Source: an uncultured Gammaproteobacteria bacterium (GTDB taxonomy: Bacteria > Patescibacteriota > Microgenomatia > Daviesbacterales > UBA10151). From it: a stretch of DNA of 64,000 nucleotides. Position 1 is the stretch's first letter. Each line of letters opens with the position of its first letter. The notes beneath the pieces are model-generated. The model did not search any database. It saw nothing but the letters and a program-made list of their open reading frames with translations, and was not told the origin of the DNA. The translations under genes and the position numbers were made by a program. Positions 28,282-37,333 of the stretch are shown here, in pieces. The stretch spans positions 1,897-65,896 of the forward strand of contig CAYQAW010000002.1 of the NCBI GenBank assembly GCA_964415615.1, read 5' to 3'.

Positions 28282-29795
28282 TGAATAACATAAAAGAGAG
28301 ATTAATTGATGTTAGGGATTTGCTGCAGGGGCATATCTTAGCCCTGATTATAATTTTAGTGATTGTGATTGGTATACCTATCACCTTTTATCTGGCCAAA
28401 CAACAACAGGATTTGCGGTCAAAAGCAACTGATGCTGGCCGTTTGGTATTTATACCACCTACCCCAACAGGATCTGTGAATATAAACAGCGCCTTTGATC
28501 TGGAGTTTGGCATTAATTTAAATCCGGCGGCGCGGATCACCGGAGCTGATGTAACTATTAGTTATACTAATAACCTGCGGCTGGATACTTTTTTGAAAGA
28601 TACGACTGTTTTACCGGAAGAGATCCTGAATAATAGCAATCCTGCTGTAAATCCTATAACTTTACATTATGTTGCTGTTAGTAAGAGTGGTGATTTGGCT
28701 TCCCGAACTTATGTTCCGTTAGGAAAGCTTACTTTTACAGCCATCAGCGCCGGGTCAGCAACAATTACTGTTATTACCAATCAGATTGTTGCTAAAGATC
28801 AACCAGGTACCCTGGCAATTGGAAATGCAACTACTACTTATACTGTTGCTGCCCGCGTTAATGGTGCCTGGTCTGTTTGGAGCGGAGGTACTTGTACTGT
28901 AACTTGTGATGGAGGTACTTTAACCGGAGAAACCAGGACATGTTATGCGCCTGCTGGTGGCGGAACAGAATGTACCAGGCTTGATAATACTCAGACCAAT
29001 TCTGAGAACTGGACTGATACCAGGTCGGGAGTGACAGCATGCAATACTCAAGCCTGTCCTGTTAATGGTGCCTGGTCTGCTTGGAGCGCTTGTTCAGCAA
29101 CAGCTTGTGGTACTTCTGGAACACAAACTAGAACATGTGATAATCCTTCACCATCAAATGGTGGGAGTGCCTGTACTGGGTCAGCTACCCAAGCTTGTGC
29201 TGCCTCTGCCTGTGCTGTTAATGGTGCCTGGTCTGCTTGGAGCGCTTGTTCAGCAACAGCTTGTGGTACTTCTGGAACACAAACTAGAACATGTGATAAT
29301 CCTTCACCATCAAATGGTGGGAGTGCCTGTACTGGGTCAGCTACCCAAGCTTGTGCTGCCTCTGCCTGTGCTGTTAATGGTGCCTGGTCTGCTTGGAGCG
29401 GAGGTACTTGTACTGTAACTTGTGGTGGAGGTACTCTAACCGGAGAAACCAGGACATGTTCTGCGCCTACTGGTGGCGGAACAGAATGTACCATGCTTGA
29501 TAATAGGACGCTGACTACTCCTACCAACCGGACTGAAACCAGGTCGGCAGTGACAGCATGCAATACTCAAGCCTGTCCCTGTATTAATGGGGATACTATA
29601 GGTGGTAACTCATGTGTGAGCATTGATGACTATAATACCTGGTATAGTGAATTCACAGGAGCAGTTACTACAAAAACAGCTGATTTTTATTCAGTATGTA
29701 ATAGTAGTAACCAAAAAGGAGATGGGGTGATTGATATTAATGATTATAATATTTGGCGCAGGGAATTTGATGCCAACAGTCACCGATGTACGTAA
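28281..29795 (+). CDS. Membrane-anchored cohesin-like + four thrombospondin type-1-like repeats + dockerin-like protein
   Basis: TM + QQQDLRSKA, ITGADVTISY, VNGAWSAWSAC...TRTCDNP repeats, GDGVIDINDYNIW. Confidence 0.8.
   Translation: MNNIKERLIDVRDLLQGHILALIIILVIVIGIPITFYLAKQQQDLRSKATDAGRLVFIPPTPTGSVNINSAFDLEFGINLNPAARITGADVTISYTNNLRLDTFLKDTTVLPEEILNNSNPAVNPITLHYVAVSKSGDLASRTYVPLGKLTFTAISAGSATITVITNQIVAKDQPGTLAIGNATTTYTVAARVNGAWSVWSGGTCTVTCDGGTLTGETRTCYAPAGGGTECTRLDNTQTNSENWTDTRSGVTACNTQACPVNGAWSAWSACSATACGTSGTQTRTCDNPSPSNGGSACTGSATQACAASACAVNGAWSAWSACSATACGTSGTQTRTCDNPSPSNGGSACTGSATQACAASACAVNGAWSAWSGGTCTVTCGGGTLTGETRTCSAPTGGGTECTMLDNRTLTTPTNRTETRSAVTACNTQACPCINGDTIGGNSCVSIDDYNTWYSEFTGAVTTKTADFYSVCNSSNQKGDGVIDINDYNIWRREFDANSHRCT
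29061..29372 (+). repeat. Two identical 156-bp TSP1-coding units
   Basis: Units start at 29061 and 29217; next related unit at 29373. Confidence 0.9.
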
Positions 29796-29798
29796 AAT

Positions 29799-31643
29799 AT
29801 GAAAGAATTTTTAGATTTATTTAGAAACAAAAAACATCTGATTAGTCTTCTCCTTTTGGGGATATTAATTATAGCCCTCCCTTTGGGAATAAAATTAGTC
29901 AGCCAACAAAAGATTATTCAATCCAGAGCTACCAATCCTCCAATTGTATTTAAAGGAAATAATGTAGTTCAAAGAAACGGGCAATGGATAGCTATAAAGC
30001 CTCAAATTTCTTTAGAACTTACTTCTGCTTTAGGCGCTCCGGCATCCACGCCGGTTCCTGGTGCCAGTTCAAGCCCTTCTTCTAGTCCTAGCCTTGCTCC
30101 TAGCCCGAGTTCTAATCCAAATACTGGAGATGTATATTTCCTGTTGGATCCGATCCAAGCTTCTAAAACAACGGGAGATAGTTTTAATGTTACTCTTAAG
30201 CTCAATGCGTCAACTTTTAATATTTCAGCGCTAGATATAACGGTAAATTTTGATAAGGACAAGCTGGAGCTTATAAACTTTGTACCAGCCTCTGATAGCC
30301 ATATTGATTCAGTAATTAATGAAAAAAATAACCTGTCTGGTTATTTCCATTTCGTAGGAGTAAGATCACCAGCTACTAATCGGGTTTCCGGTGAAGTTAA
30401 CTTAGGTACTATTCAACTAAAAGCAAAAAATGTAGAAGGTATTGCTCAGATTACTTTTGGCAATACCCGGATTACATCTTCTGATAGAAGTGATCCTTTA
30501 ACAATTAGCAATAATCAAGGGGGTAGTTATTCTATTTTGAATATTGCTTCCGCTACTTCTTACCGGATTGCTGAAAATCCGACAGATTTAGCTGCGGCTG
30601 CTTGGGAAAATTATAATGCTGAACCAACTTTACGGGACTATGAATTTAGAGATAAAAGTCCGGGAGTAAAGACTATTTTTGTCGAATTTAAAGATTCTCA
30701 CCAAAAAACAGGTGGCTGCGGAGTAAATAACTCTCAGCCATGCCAAGTTCAAATTAGGCTTTTAGGTGATTTTGCGATCGGAAGTTGTGCTTTGAGTTTT
30801 GAAGGAAATAATGCTGTCTTGAATTTAAGAGGACAAAATTTCGGATTAACCAGGGGTGAGATCAAAAGCGGAGATACAGACTTGCAGGTTAGAGAATGGA
30901 AAGATAAGAATATTAAAGCAGTTTGGCAGGATGCGCCAGTTGGGCAAGTATTGCCGGTGTCTGTAACAAATACAGATGGCCAAGTTGCTGAAAGCCAATG
31001 TAGCGCTATCTCGCAGCTTTCAGTTGGGGCTAAATTTTTCTGTGGCCAGTCTTCTTCCAGCGCAGTTAATAATATTGATTTGAGTTTAGCTGGGGTATTT
31101 GAGGGAGGCACAAAGATCAAACAAAAAGTTAGCATTGCCACAGATGGTATTATCCAGGGATTAAATCAAAAATTAGAGGAAGGCAAGAATTATAAAGTAT
31201 CTTTAAAGGGGCCTAAATCGCTCCGCAGGACTGCAGAATTTACAGCAGGCAATGGCACTACCAATGTTACTGATTTTGTTTTACCTGTTGGAGATATTTT
31301 CCCGGTTACCAATGGAGATGGCGTAATTAATAATTTTGACCATTCAGAATTGGTCCGCCAGTGGATTATTTCTGTAGATGCTACTGGGAGATCAGCAGAT
31401 TTTAATGGTGACGGCAGGGTTAATTCCATTGACTGGGCTTGTATGAGGCATGATTTTGGCTCCTCAGATGATTCAGAACCAGCTGCTGGTGGTCCTGCAG
31501 CTGCTCCATCTGCCAGCCCAAGTCCTGTTGCTTCTGACGCTTCCGCTTCTAGTCCAAGTCCTAGTCCAAGTCCTTCTGCTACTCTAAATACTGGAGTTGG
31601 CAGTACAGCAGGCAGTACTGGAATTGGTAGTACAGCCCGTTAA
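29799..31643 (+). CDS. Membrane-anchored cohesin + dockerin protein with S/P linkers
   Basis: ISALDITVNFDKDKLE cohesin-like; GDGVINNFD and ADFNGDGRVNSID dockerin loops. Confidence 0.8.
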   Translation: MKEFLDLFRNKKHLISLLLLGILIIALPLGIKLVSQQKIIQSRATNPPIVFKGNNVVQRNGQWIAIKPQISLELTSALGAPASTPVPGASSSPSSSPSLAPSPSSNPNTGDVYFLLDPIQASKTTGDSFNVTLKLNASTFNISALDITVNFDKDKLELINFVPASDSHIDSVINEKNNLSGYFHFVGVRSPATNRVSGEVNLGTIQLKAKNVEGIAQITFGNTRITSSDRSDPLTISNNQGGSYSILNIASATSYRIAENPTDLAAAAWENYNAEPTLRDYEFRDKSPGVKTIFVEFKDSHQKTGGCGVNNSQPCQVQIRLLGDFAIGSCALSFEGNNAVLNLRGQNFGLTRGEIKSGDTDLQVREWKDKNIKAVWQDAPVGQVLPVSVTNTDGQVAESQCSAISQLSVGAKFFCGQSSSSAVNNIDLSLAGVFEGGTKIKQKVSIATDGIIQGLNQKLEEGKNYKVSLKGPKSLRRTAEFTAGNGTTNVTDFVLPVGDIFPVTNGDGVINNFDHSELVRQWIISVDATGRSADFNGDGRVNSIDWACMRHDFGSSDDSEPAAGGPAAAPSASPSPVASDASASSPSPSPSPSATLNTGVGSTAGSTGIGSTAR

Positions 31644-31663
31644 GTTTGTGATACACTAAAAAA

Positions 31664-32299
31664 ATGGATAGTTTAAACGTATACGTAAATAATCAAACAA
31701 ATAATCAGACAGGACCGCAGAAAATTAAAAGCTTTTTTACTGTCCCCAAGATTATTTTCGCGGTTTTAGGAATCGTTATTTTGGTAGAAGTGATATTTGT
31801 TGTTAAGTCTTTAACTTCACCTGCTTCTCCTCTGCCTCAGGTTAGTGATCAGGCAGGTGTTATTTCAACTATTTCTAAAATTTCTTTAAGCGCTTCTAAA
31901 ACGAACTTGAATGTTGGGCAGATGATACCAGTTGAGTTAAGAGTAGATACAGGGGGAAAATCCATTTCTGGAGCTGATTTGATAATCCGCTTTGATCCCC
32001 AAGTTTTAGAGGCATCAGGGACTGCAATCATCAAAGGAAAAATATTTGATGAATACCCCCTGGTATCTGTGGATGCAAAAAATGGTTTGATTTCAATTTC
32101 AGGGGTCAGTAGTATAAATAAAAGTTTTAAAGGTTCTGGACAATTTGCTTTGATAAATTTTAAGGCAAAAATCCCTGGCAAAACATCTTTAACAGTTGAT
32201 TTTAAGAAAGGTTCAACAACTGCTTCTAATTTGGTGGAAGCTGCTACTTCAAAAAATATTTTGGATAATGTTGATAATTTAGAGCTTGAAATACAATGA
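31664..32299 (+). CDS. Membrane-anchored cohesin-domain protein
   Basis: TM, then ISGADLIIRFDPQVLE...FKAK. Confidence 0.8.
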   Translation: MDSLNVYVNNQTNNQTGPQKIKSFFTVPKIIFAVLGIVILVEVIFVVKSLTSPASPLPQVSDQAGVISTISKISLSASKTNLNVGQMIPVELRVDTGGKSISGADLIIRFDPQVLEASGTAIIKGKIFDEYPLVSVDAKNGLISISGVSSINKSFKGSGQFALINFKAKIPGKTSLTVDFKKGSTTASNLVEAATSKNILDNVDNLELEIQ

Positions 32300-33042
32300 A
32301 AAGAATTCTGCCATTTATTTTTACTTTTTACTTTTTACTTGTTACTTTACCTTCTGCTGCTTTTGCTGAGTCAGCCACTTTATCTCTAGATCCATCTAGC
32401 GGCACATTTAATTCTGGTTGTACTTTTTCCCTGAACGTTAACCTTGATACTGGTGGAGTTCAAACAGATGGTGCGGATGCTATTTTAGTTTATGATACTG
32501 CTAAGTTTACTGCTACTTCTATAACTAAAGGTACAATTTACCCGGATTATCCTGGGAATAATATTGATGCTGCAAGCGGTAAAATTACTATTTCAGGTTT
32601 GGCTTCTGTCAGTACTCCTTTTTCCGGTAAAGGCATCCTGGCTACAATAAATTTTACAGTTGTTACAGAGGCTCCTGCAGGAGTGACTCAGATGACCTTT
32701 GATTTTGATCCAAATGATAAAGCAAAAACTACAGATTCCAATGTTGTTGAGCGTGGTACAGTAACAGATATATTAAATTCTGTAGTTAATGGCAGCTATA
32801 CAATTGGGACTGGAACATGCGGGCAGAATAATACAGTAGTCTCTACTTCTAGACCCTCTACTTCTAGACCAGTTGGAGCAATAGATATATCTACTCCTTC
32901 AGCTACCCTTGCGCCAACATATATACCTGTTCCTGTCAGGAAAACTTTGCCTGAGGGAGGAACTCAAGAAGTTACTTTTGCCATAGCTATTGTAGGTGGG
33001 ATTTTGACTGTATTGGGAATTTTAGGACTGGCGCTTTTGTAA
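32296..33042 (+). CDS. Secreted cohesin-domain protein with LPxxG-like motif and C-terminal TM
   Basis: Signal peptide, TDGADAILVYD, TLPEGG followed by a hydrophobic tail. Confidence 0.8.
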   Translation: MKRILPFIFTFYFLLVTLPSAAFAESATLSLDPSSGTFNSGCTFSLNVNLDTGGVQTDGADAILVYDTAKFTATSITKGTIYPDYPGNNIDAASGKITISGLASVSTPFSGKGILATINFTVVTEAPAGVTQMTFDFDPNDKAKTTDSNVVERGTVTDILNSVVNGSYTIGTGTCGQNNTVVSTSRPSTSRPVGAIDISTPSATLAPTYIPVPVRKTLPEGGTQEVTFAIAIVGGILTVLGILGLALL

Positions 33043-33043
33043 G

Positions 33044-33925
33044 ATGACTCTTTCTGCTCTAATAACTGATTTTCTGGAATACCTTGAACTTGAACGTAAT
33101 GCTGCTCAGCCTACTATTAGAAATTATGATCATTATCTAAAACGCTTCGTAGAATTTGCAACAGATATAAACCCAGAAGATATAGATTTAAATTTAGTGA
33201 GAAAGTACAGGCTTTATTTATCAAGATGGATAGATCCTAAAACTCAAAAATCTTTAAAAAGAGTGACCCAAAATTATTTTATGATAGCTCTGAGGGCATT
33301 TTTAAGATATCTAGCCAAATCAGATATTTCAACTTTGTCTCCTGAAAAAGTTGAGCTTGGAGAAACTGATCCTAAGTCTTTAAAAGTTTTAGAGAAAGAC
33401 AAGCTTCAATTTCTGCTTGAGGCTCCTGATTGTACCACAAAAGATGGGTTGCGTGATAGAGCAATTCTGGAAACTTTATTTTCCACAGGTCTTAGGGTAT
33501 CTGAACTAGCTTCTTTAAATAGGGATACCATTAATTTACAAAGAAAGGAATTTGGGATTGTTGGAAAAGGAGGAAAAGAAAGAATGGTGTTTATTTCAGA
33601 TCCTGCAGCAGATTGTATAGAGATGTATTTAAACGCCCGTAAAGATACTTTTAAACCCCTTTTTATTAGATTCCAAGGTACTGTAAATCCTGAAAATGAA
33701 GGCGAGACAATGAGACTTACTCCCCGCTCGATTGAAAGGACTGTAGAAAAATATGTTAAGGCTTTGGGATTTTCTGTAAAAGCCACTCCGCACACCCTCC
33801 GCCACTGCTTTGCTACAGATTTACTCATAAATGGAGTTGATATCCGTTCAGTTCAAGAGATGCTGGGTCATTCTAATATCTCCACAACTCAAATTTACAC
33901 TCATGTTACCAATACACTAAAGTAA
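33044..33925 (+). CDS. Tyrosine recombinase (XerC/D-like) 2, C-terminus possibly clipped
   Basis: TGLRVSEL, GKGGKER, HTLRH, MLGH, TQIYTHV; ends soon after the catalytic Tyr. Confidence 0.92.
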   Translation: MTLSALITDFLEYLELERNAAQPTIRNYDHYLKRFVEFATDINPEDIDLNLVRKYRLYLSRWIDPKTQKSLKRVTQNYFMIALRAFLRYLAKSDISTLSPEKVELGETDPKSLKVLEKDKLQFLLEAPDCTTKDGLRDRAILETLFSTGLRVSELASLNRDTINLQRKEFGIVGKGGKERMVFISDPAADCIEMYLNARKDTFKPLFIRFQGTVNPENEGETMRLTPRSIERTVEKYVKALGFSVKATPHTLRHCFATDLLINGVDIRSVQEMLGHSNISTTQIYTHVTNTLK

Positions 33926-34407
33926 TGGACTACAAGCGAAGGAAATTTATCGTAAAAACAGTGGTTTTTACCTTAAGCTTAATTATTGCTTGGTATTTGA
34001 TTAGAAATGGCTTGCTGGATGGTTTGCCAGCCTCCCCTATTTTAGCAGGGATGTTCTATGCTTCTTTCTTAACCTCCCCTATTTCACTAGCCATGCTGGT
34101 GGTGTTGGCAAAAACTAATAATCCTGTCAGTTTAGCATTGCTTGCAGGAGTAGGAGCAGCTTTGGCAGATCTTTTGATAGTGAAGCTGTTTAGGCAAGCT
34201 GTAGCCTTGAAGATGCGGCCGGAAAAAACTAGTTTTCCCCACATCATCCTGGGCGCAATTATCATTGCCTCTCCCCTGCCAGATGAATTAGGTTTGATGA
34301 TGTTGGGGGTATCTAAGTTGAAATACTATCAAATTGCAATTTTGACTTATGTATTAAATACTGCCGGAATACTTTTGATTATTGTACCTGTTAGTATATT
34401 TATATGA
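33925..34407 (+). CDS. Small integral membrane protein
   Basis: Hydrophobic segments, IIASPLPDELG. Confidence 0.7.
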   Translation: MDYKRRKFIVKTVVFTLSLIIAWYLIRNGLLDGLPASPILAGMFYASFLTSPISLAMLVVLAKTNNPVSLALLAGVGAALADLLIVKLFRQAVALKMRPEKTSFPHIILGAIIIASPLPDELGLMMLGVSKLKYYQIAILTYVLNTAGILLIIVPVSIFI

Positions 34408-36716
34408 TATCAGGACTTAGCTCTTCTCAAGCTCAAGAGATTATAAAAGAATATGGTTTGAACCGCTTGCCACAGAAGAGTGGTATTTCTGCGGTCAAGA
34501 TATTCTTCCGGCAAATACAAAATCCTTTTTCTATTTTACTTTTTGGAGCAGTAATGCTTTCAGCTTTAGTTGGAGATCTTTTGGATGTGTTTTTAATTGC
34601 AGGTATTTTAGTTTTAAACATAATTTTAGGATTTTGGCAAGAATACAAAGCTTCAAAAGAGCTGGAAGCCTTGAAAAAGTTTGAAGTACTTTTTGTGAGA
34701 GTTTTAAGAGACGGCAAGCAGGTTAAGATTGCATCAACAGAAATTGTTCCAGGAGATGTGGTGATTTTAGAATCTGGAGATAAAGTCCCTGCAGACGGTA
34801 AGCTTTTAGAAAGCTACTCATTGCAAGTTAATGAGGCAGTTTTAACTGGTGAATCTTTACCAACTGTAAAGTCAATAAAACAGGATGAAAATCTGGTCTT
34901 TTTTGGAACGACTATTGTATCTGGCCGGGCAAAAGTATTAATTACCCAAACAGGGATAAAAACTAAATTTGGGACTATTGCCCAGGATTTAATTCAAATA
35001 GAAGACGAACAAACCCCCTTGGAAAAATCCCTGGCAAGTTTAAGCCGGTGGATTGGTATTGCAGCAATCAGTATTGCAGCTGTGATTTTTGTTTTAAGAG
35101 TATTACAAGGGTTTGAAGTTGCCCAAGTGCTTTTGGGGAGCATTGCTTTAATGGTAGCCATTGTCCCAGAAGGTTTGCCGGCTGTTTTAACCTTAGTACT
35201 TGCAATAGGGATTAGAAGAATGTATCAGAAAAAAGCTTTGGTGCGGAAAATGATTGCGGTTGAATCTTTAGGAGCAGCAACTGTAATTGTGACAGACAAA
35301 ACAGGCACTTTGACTAAAAATGAGATGAAGGTCAAAGAAGTAAGCGCGGGAGAACACAGAGAAGAAGAGTTGCTGCAATGCGCAGTGTTTTGCAATAGCG
35401 CCAGTTTAGTACTAAAAGAAGATGGAGATGAATACGATATTTTGGGTGATACCACAGAAGGTGCTTTGCTTCTTTGGGTAAAAGAGAAGGGTTTAGATAT
35501 TGATTTGATGAGAGCAGAAGGAAAATTGATTGAGGAGATTCCCTTTAATTTGCAAAGTAGAAAAATGACGGTTGTTTGGCAGGATAATACTCAAAAAGCT
35601 ACTTTTACCAAAGGAGCGCCTGAAGTTTTGATTACTGAGTCTTCTTTGTCTGAAAAGGAAAAAGAGAAATGGGATCTAAAATACAAAGAGATGGCAAAAA
35701 AAGGCCTCCGGGTTTTAGCATTTTCCAAGGATAGAGAATTCTTAGGTTTAATTGGAATTGCAGACGAGGTGCGTCCTGAGGTAACAGATGCAATCGGTGC
35801 AGCAAAGCAAGCAGGAATAAAAGTTGTAATGGTGACAGGTGATAACGAACTGACAGCAAAAGCAATAGGTGAAGAGCTTGGGTTTTTAAAGGAAGGTGAT
35901 GAGATTTTAACTGGAGCACAACTTGAGGAAATGAGCGATGAAGATTTGCAAAAAAGAATAGGCAAAATCAAAATTTTTGCTAGAATCACTCCTCAAGAAA
36001 AATTGAGAATTGTTAGAACTTTCCAAGCTATAGGAGAGGTAGTGGCAGTAACTGGGGACGGGGTAAATGATGTTTTAGCTTTAAAACAGGCTGAAGTGGG
36101 AGTTTCTATGGGCAAAATTGGTACTGATGTATCAAAAGAAGCCTCGGATATAGTGCTTTTGGATGATAACTTTGCAACTTTAGTTGCAGCTATTGAACAA
36201 GGAAGAGTAATTTATAGCAATATCTTAAAAGTCGTAAAGTTTCTACTGACAGGCAACTTATCAGAAACTTTACTGATAGGTTTGGCAGTTGTTTTAGGTT
36301 TCCCTACTCCCCTTTTGCCTACTCATATTTTGTGGATTAATTTTGTAACAGATGGATTGCCAGCTTTAAGTTTAGGGTTTGATAGTCCTTCAAAGCATGT
36401 GATGAAAAATCCTCCCAGAAAAGATTCAAATCTGCTGGGGCCAAATATGATCAGGTATGTAATTGCTGTTGGAGGCATTATTGCAATCCTTTGTTTAGGG
36501 GTTTTTTACTACCTGTTTTCTAATTTTGGATTACAGATTGCCAGAAATGCCACTTTTACTACAATGGTAGTTTCCCAGATGATCCTCCCCTTCTTTATCA
36601 GAAAACATCATACCATTCTTTCCAATAAAAAATTATTTGCATCAGTTGTTATTGTTTTGGTGATGCAGCTTTTGATTCTTACTTATCCTCCGCTGAAGTC
36701 CCTGTTTAAAATCTAA
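34404..36716 (+). CDS. Cation-transporting P-type ATPase (type II-like)
   Basis: TGES, PEGL, DKTGTLT, KGAPE, TGDN, GDGVND. Confidence 0.95.
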   Translation: MISGLSSSQAQEIIKEYGLNRLPQKSGISAVKIFFRQIQNPFSILLFGAVMLSALVGDLLDVFLIAGILVLNIILGFWQEYKASKELEALKKFEVLFVRVLRDGKQVKIASTEIVPGDVVILESGDKVPADGKLLESYSLQVNEAVLTGESLPTVKSIKQDENLVFFGTTIVSGRAKVLITQTGIKTKFGTIAQDLIQIEDEQTPLEKSLASLSRWIGIAAISIAAVIFVLRVLQGFEVAQVLLGSIALMVAIVPEGLPAVLTLVLAIGIRRMYQKKALVRKMIAVESLGAATVIVTDKTGTLTKNEMKVKEVSAGEHREEELLQCAVFCNSASLVLKEDGDEYDILGDTTEGALLLWVKEKGLDIDLMRAEGKLIEEIPFNLQSRKMTVVWQDNTQKATFTKGAPEVLITESSLSEKEKEKWDLKYKEMAKKGLRVLAFSKDREFLGLIGIADEVRPEVTDAIGAAKQAGIKVVMVTGDNELTAKAIGEELGFLKEGDEILTGAQLEEMSDEDLQKRIGKIKIFARITPQEKLRIVRTFQAIGEVVAVTGDGVNDVLALKQAEVGVSMGKIGTDVSKEASDIVLLDDNFATLVAAIEQGRVIYSNILKVVKFLLTGNLSETLLIGLAVVLGFPTPLLPTHILWINFVTDGLPALSLGFDSPSKHVMKNPPRKDSNLLGPNMIRYVIAVGGIIAILCLGVFYYLFSNFGLQIARNATFTTMVVSQMILPFFIRKHHTILSNKKLFASVVIVLVMQLLILTYPPLKSLFKI

Positions 36717-36755
36717 GATTTATGCTATGATTGCTCTCATCCTGCTTAAAGATAA

Positions 36756-37013
36756 ATGTCTGAAATAGTTTTTAATGCGCCCCAATCCTCTTTGCAGGAT
36801 CAAATTGTAAATTTTCAAACTACCTTAGCATCTTTAAATCAACAAGTTATTAGTTTGCAGGAAGCCTTACAGGAGAGAGATCAGGAAATTGCTGAACTTA
36901 CAGCCTCCAGGGCCTCGCCCTGCGAGGCTAAAACAGATGAAACCTTGACAATAGTAGGGCTTTTCATTAACCTATATAAATTCTTAGTTTCTCTCCCCGC
37001 CCAACAAAAATGA
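36756..37013 (+). CDS. Small coiled-coil hypothetical protein
   Basis: Heptad-rich 85 aa ORF. Confidence 0.55.
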   Translation: MSEIVFNAPQSSLQDQIVNFQTTLASLNQQVISLQEALQERDQEIAELTASRASPCEAKTDETLTIVGLFINLYKFLVSLPAQQK

Positions 37014-37285
37014 ATTGGCTTGTAATATTTATCTTTGTAACAATAAATGAGGCTATCATCGAATATTTGCTGGGTAATATAAAGGAGCTAAAACCCTATA
37101 TTCCCCTGCTCTCTTTGGCTGTAGCTATACTTTTAACTTTTGGCTACAAAGTAAGTTTGTTTAATATTTTTTTGAATACAGAAATCCTAAGTCCTTTTTG
37201 GGATTTTTTACTTTCAGCTTTAATCATAGCCAGGCTTTCTAACTTCTTAAATGATGCTGTCCAAAAGTTTCTAGGAAGCAGGTAA
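37010..37285 (+). CDS. Small 3-TM membrane protein (holin-like size)
   Basis: Three hydrophobic segments; overlaps the upstream gene. Confidence 0.6.
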   Translation: MNWLVIFIFVTINEAIIEYLLGNIKELKPYIPLLSLAVAILLTFGYKVSLFNIFLNTEILSPFWDFLLSALIIARLSNFLNDAVQKFLGSR

Positions 37286-37333
37286 AAAATTGACAAAACA
37301 TGCATAAATATCTTATGATCACTCACTAACCAT

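Noticed and set aside
27185-29563. Alternative-frame and antisense ORFs with LLEQ/CWSS repeats
   Set aside because: Shadows of the repetitive linkers and TSP1 units in the real genes
36756-37285. Prophage lysis module
   Set aside because: Only a holin-sized membrane protein; no endolysin or other phage genes
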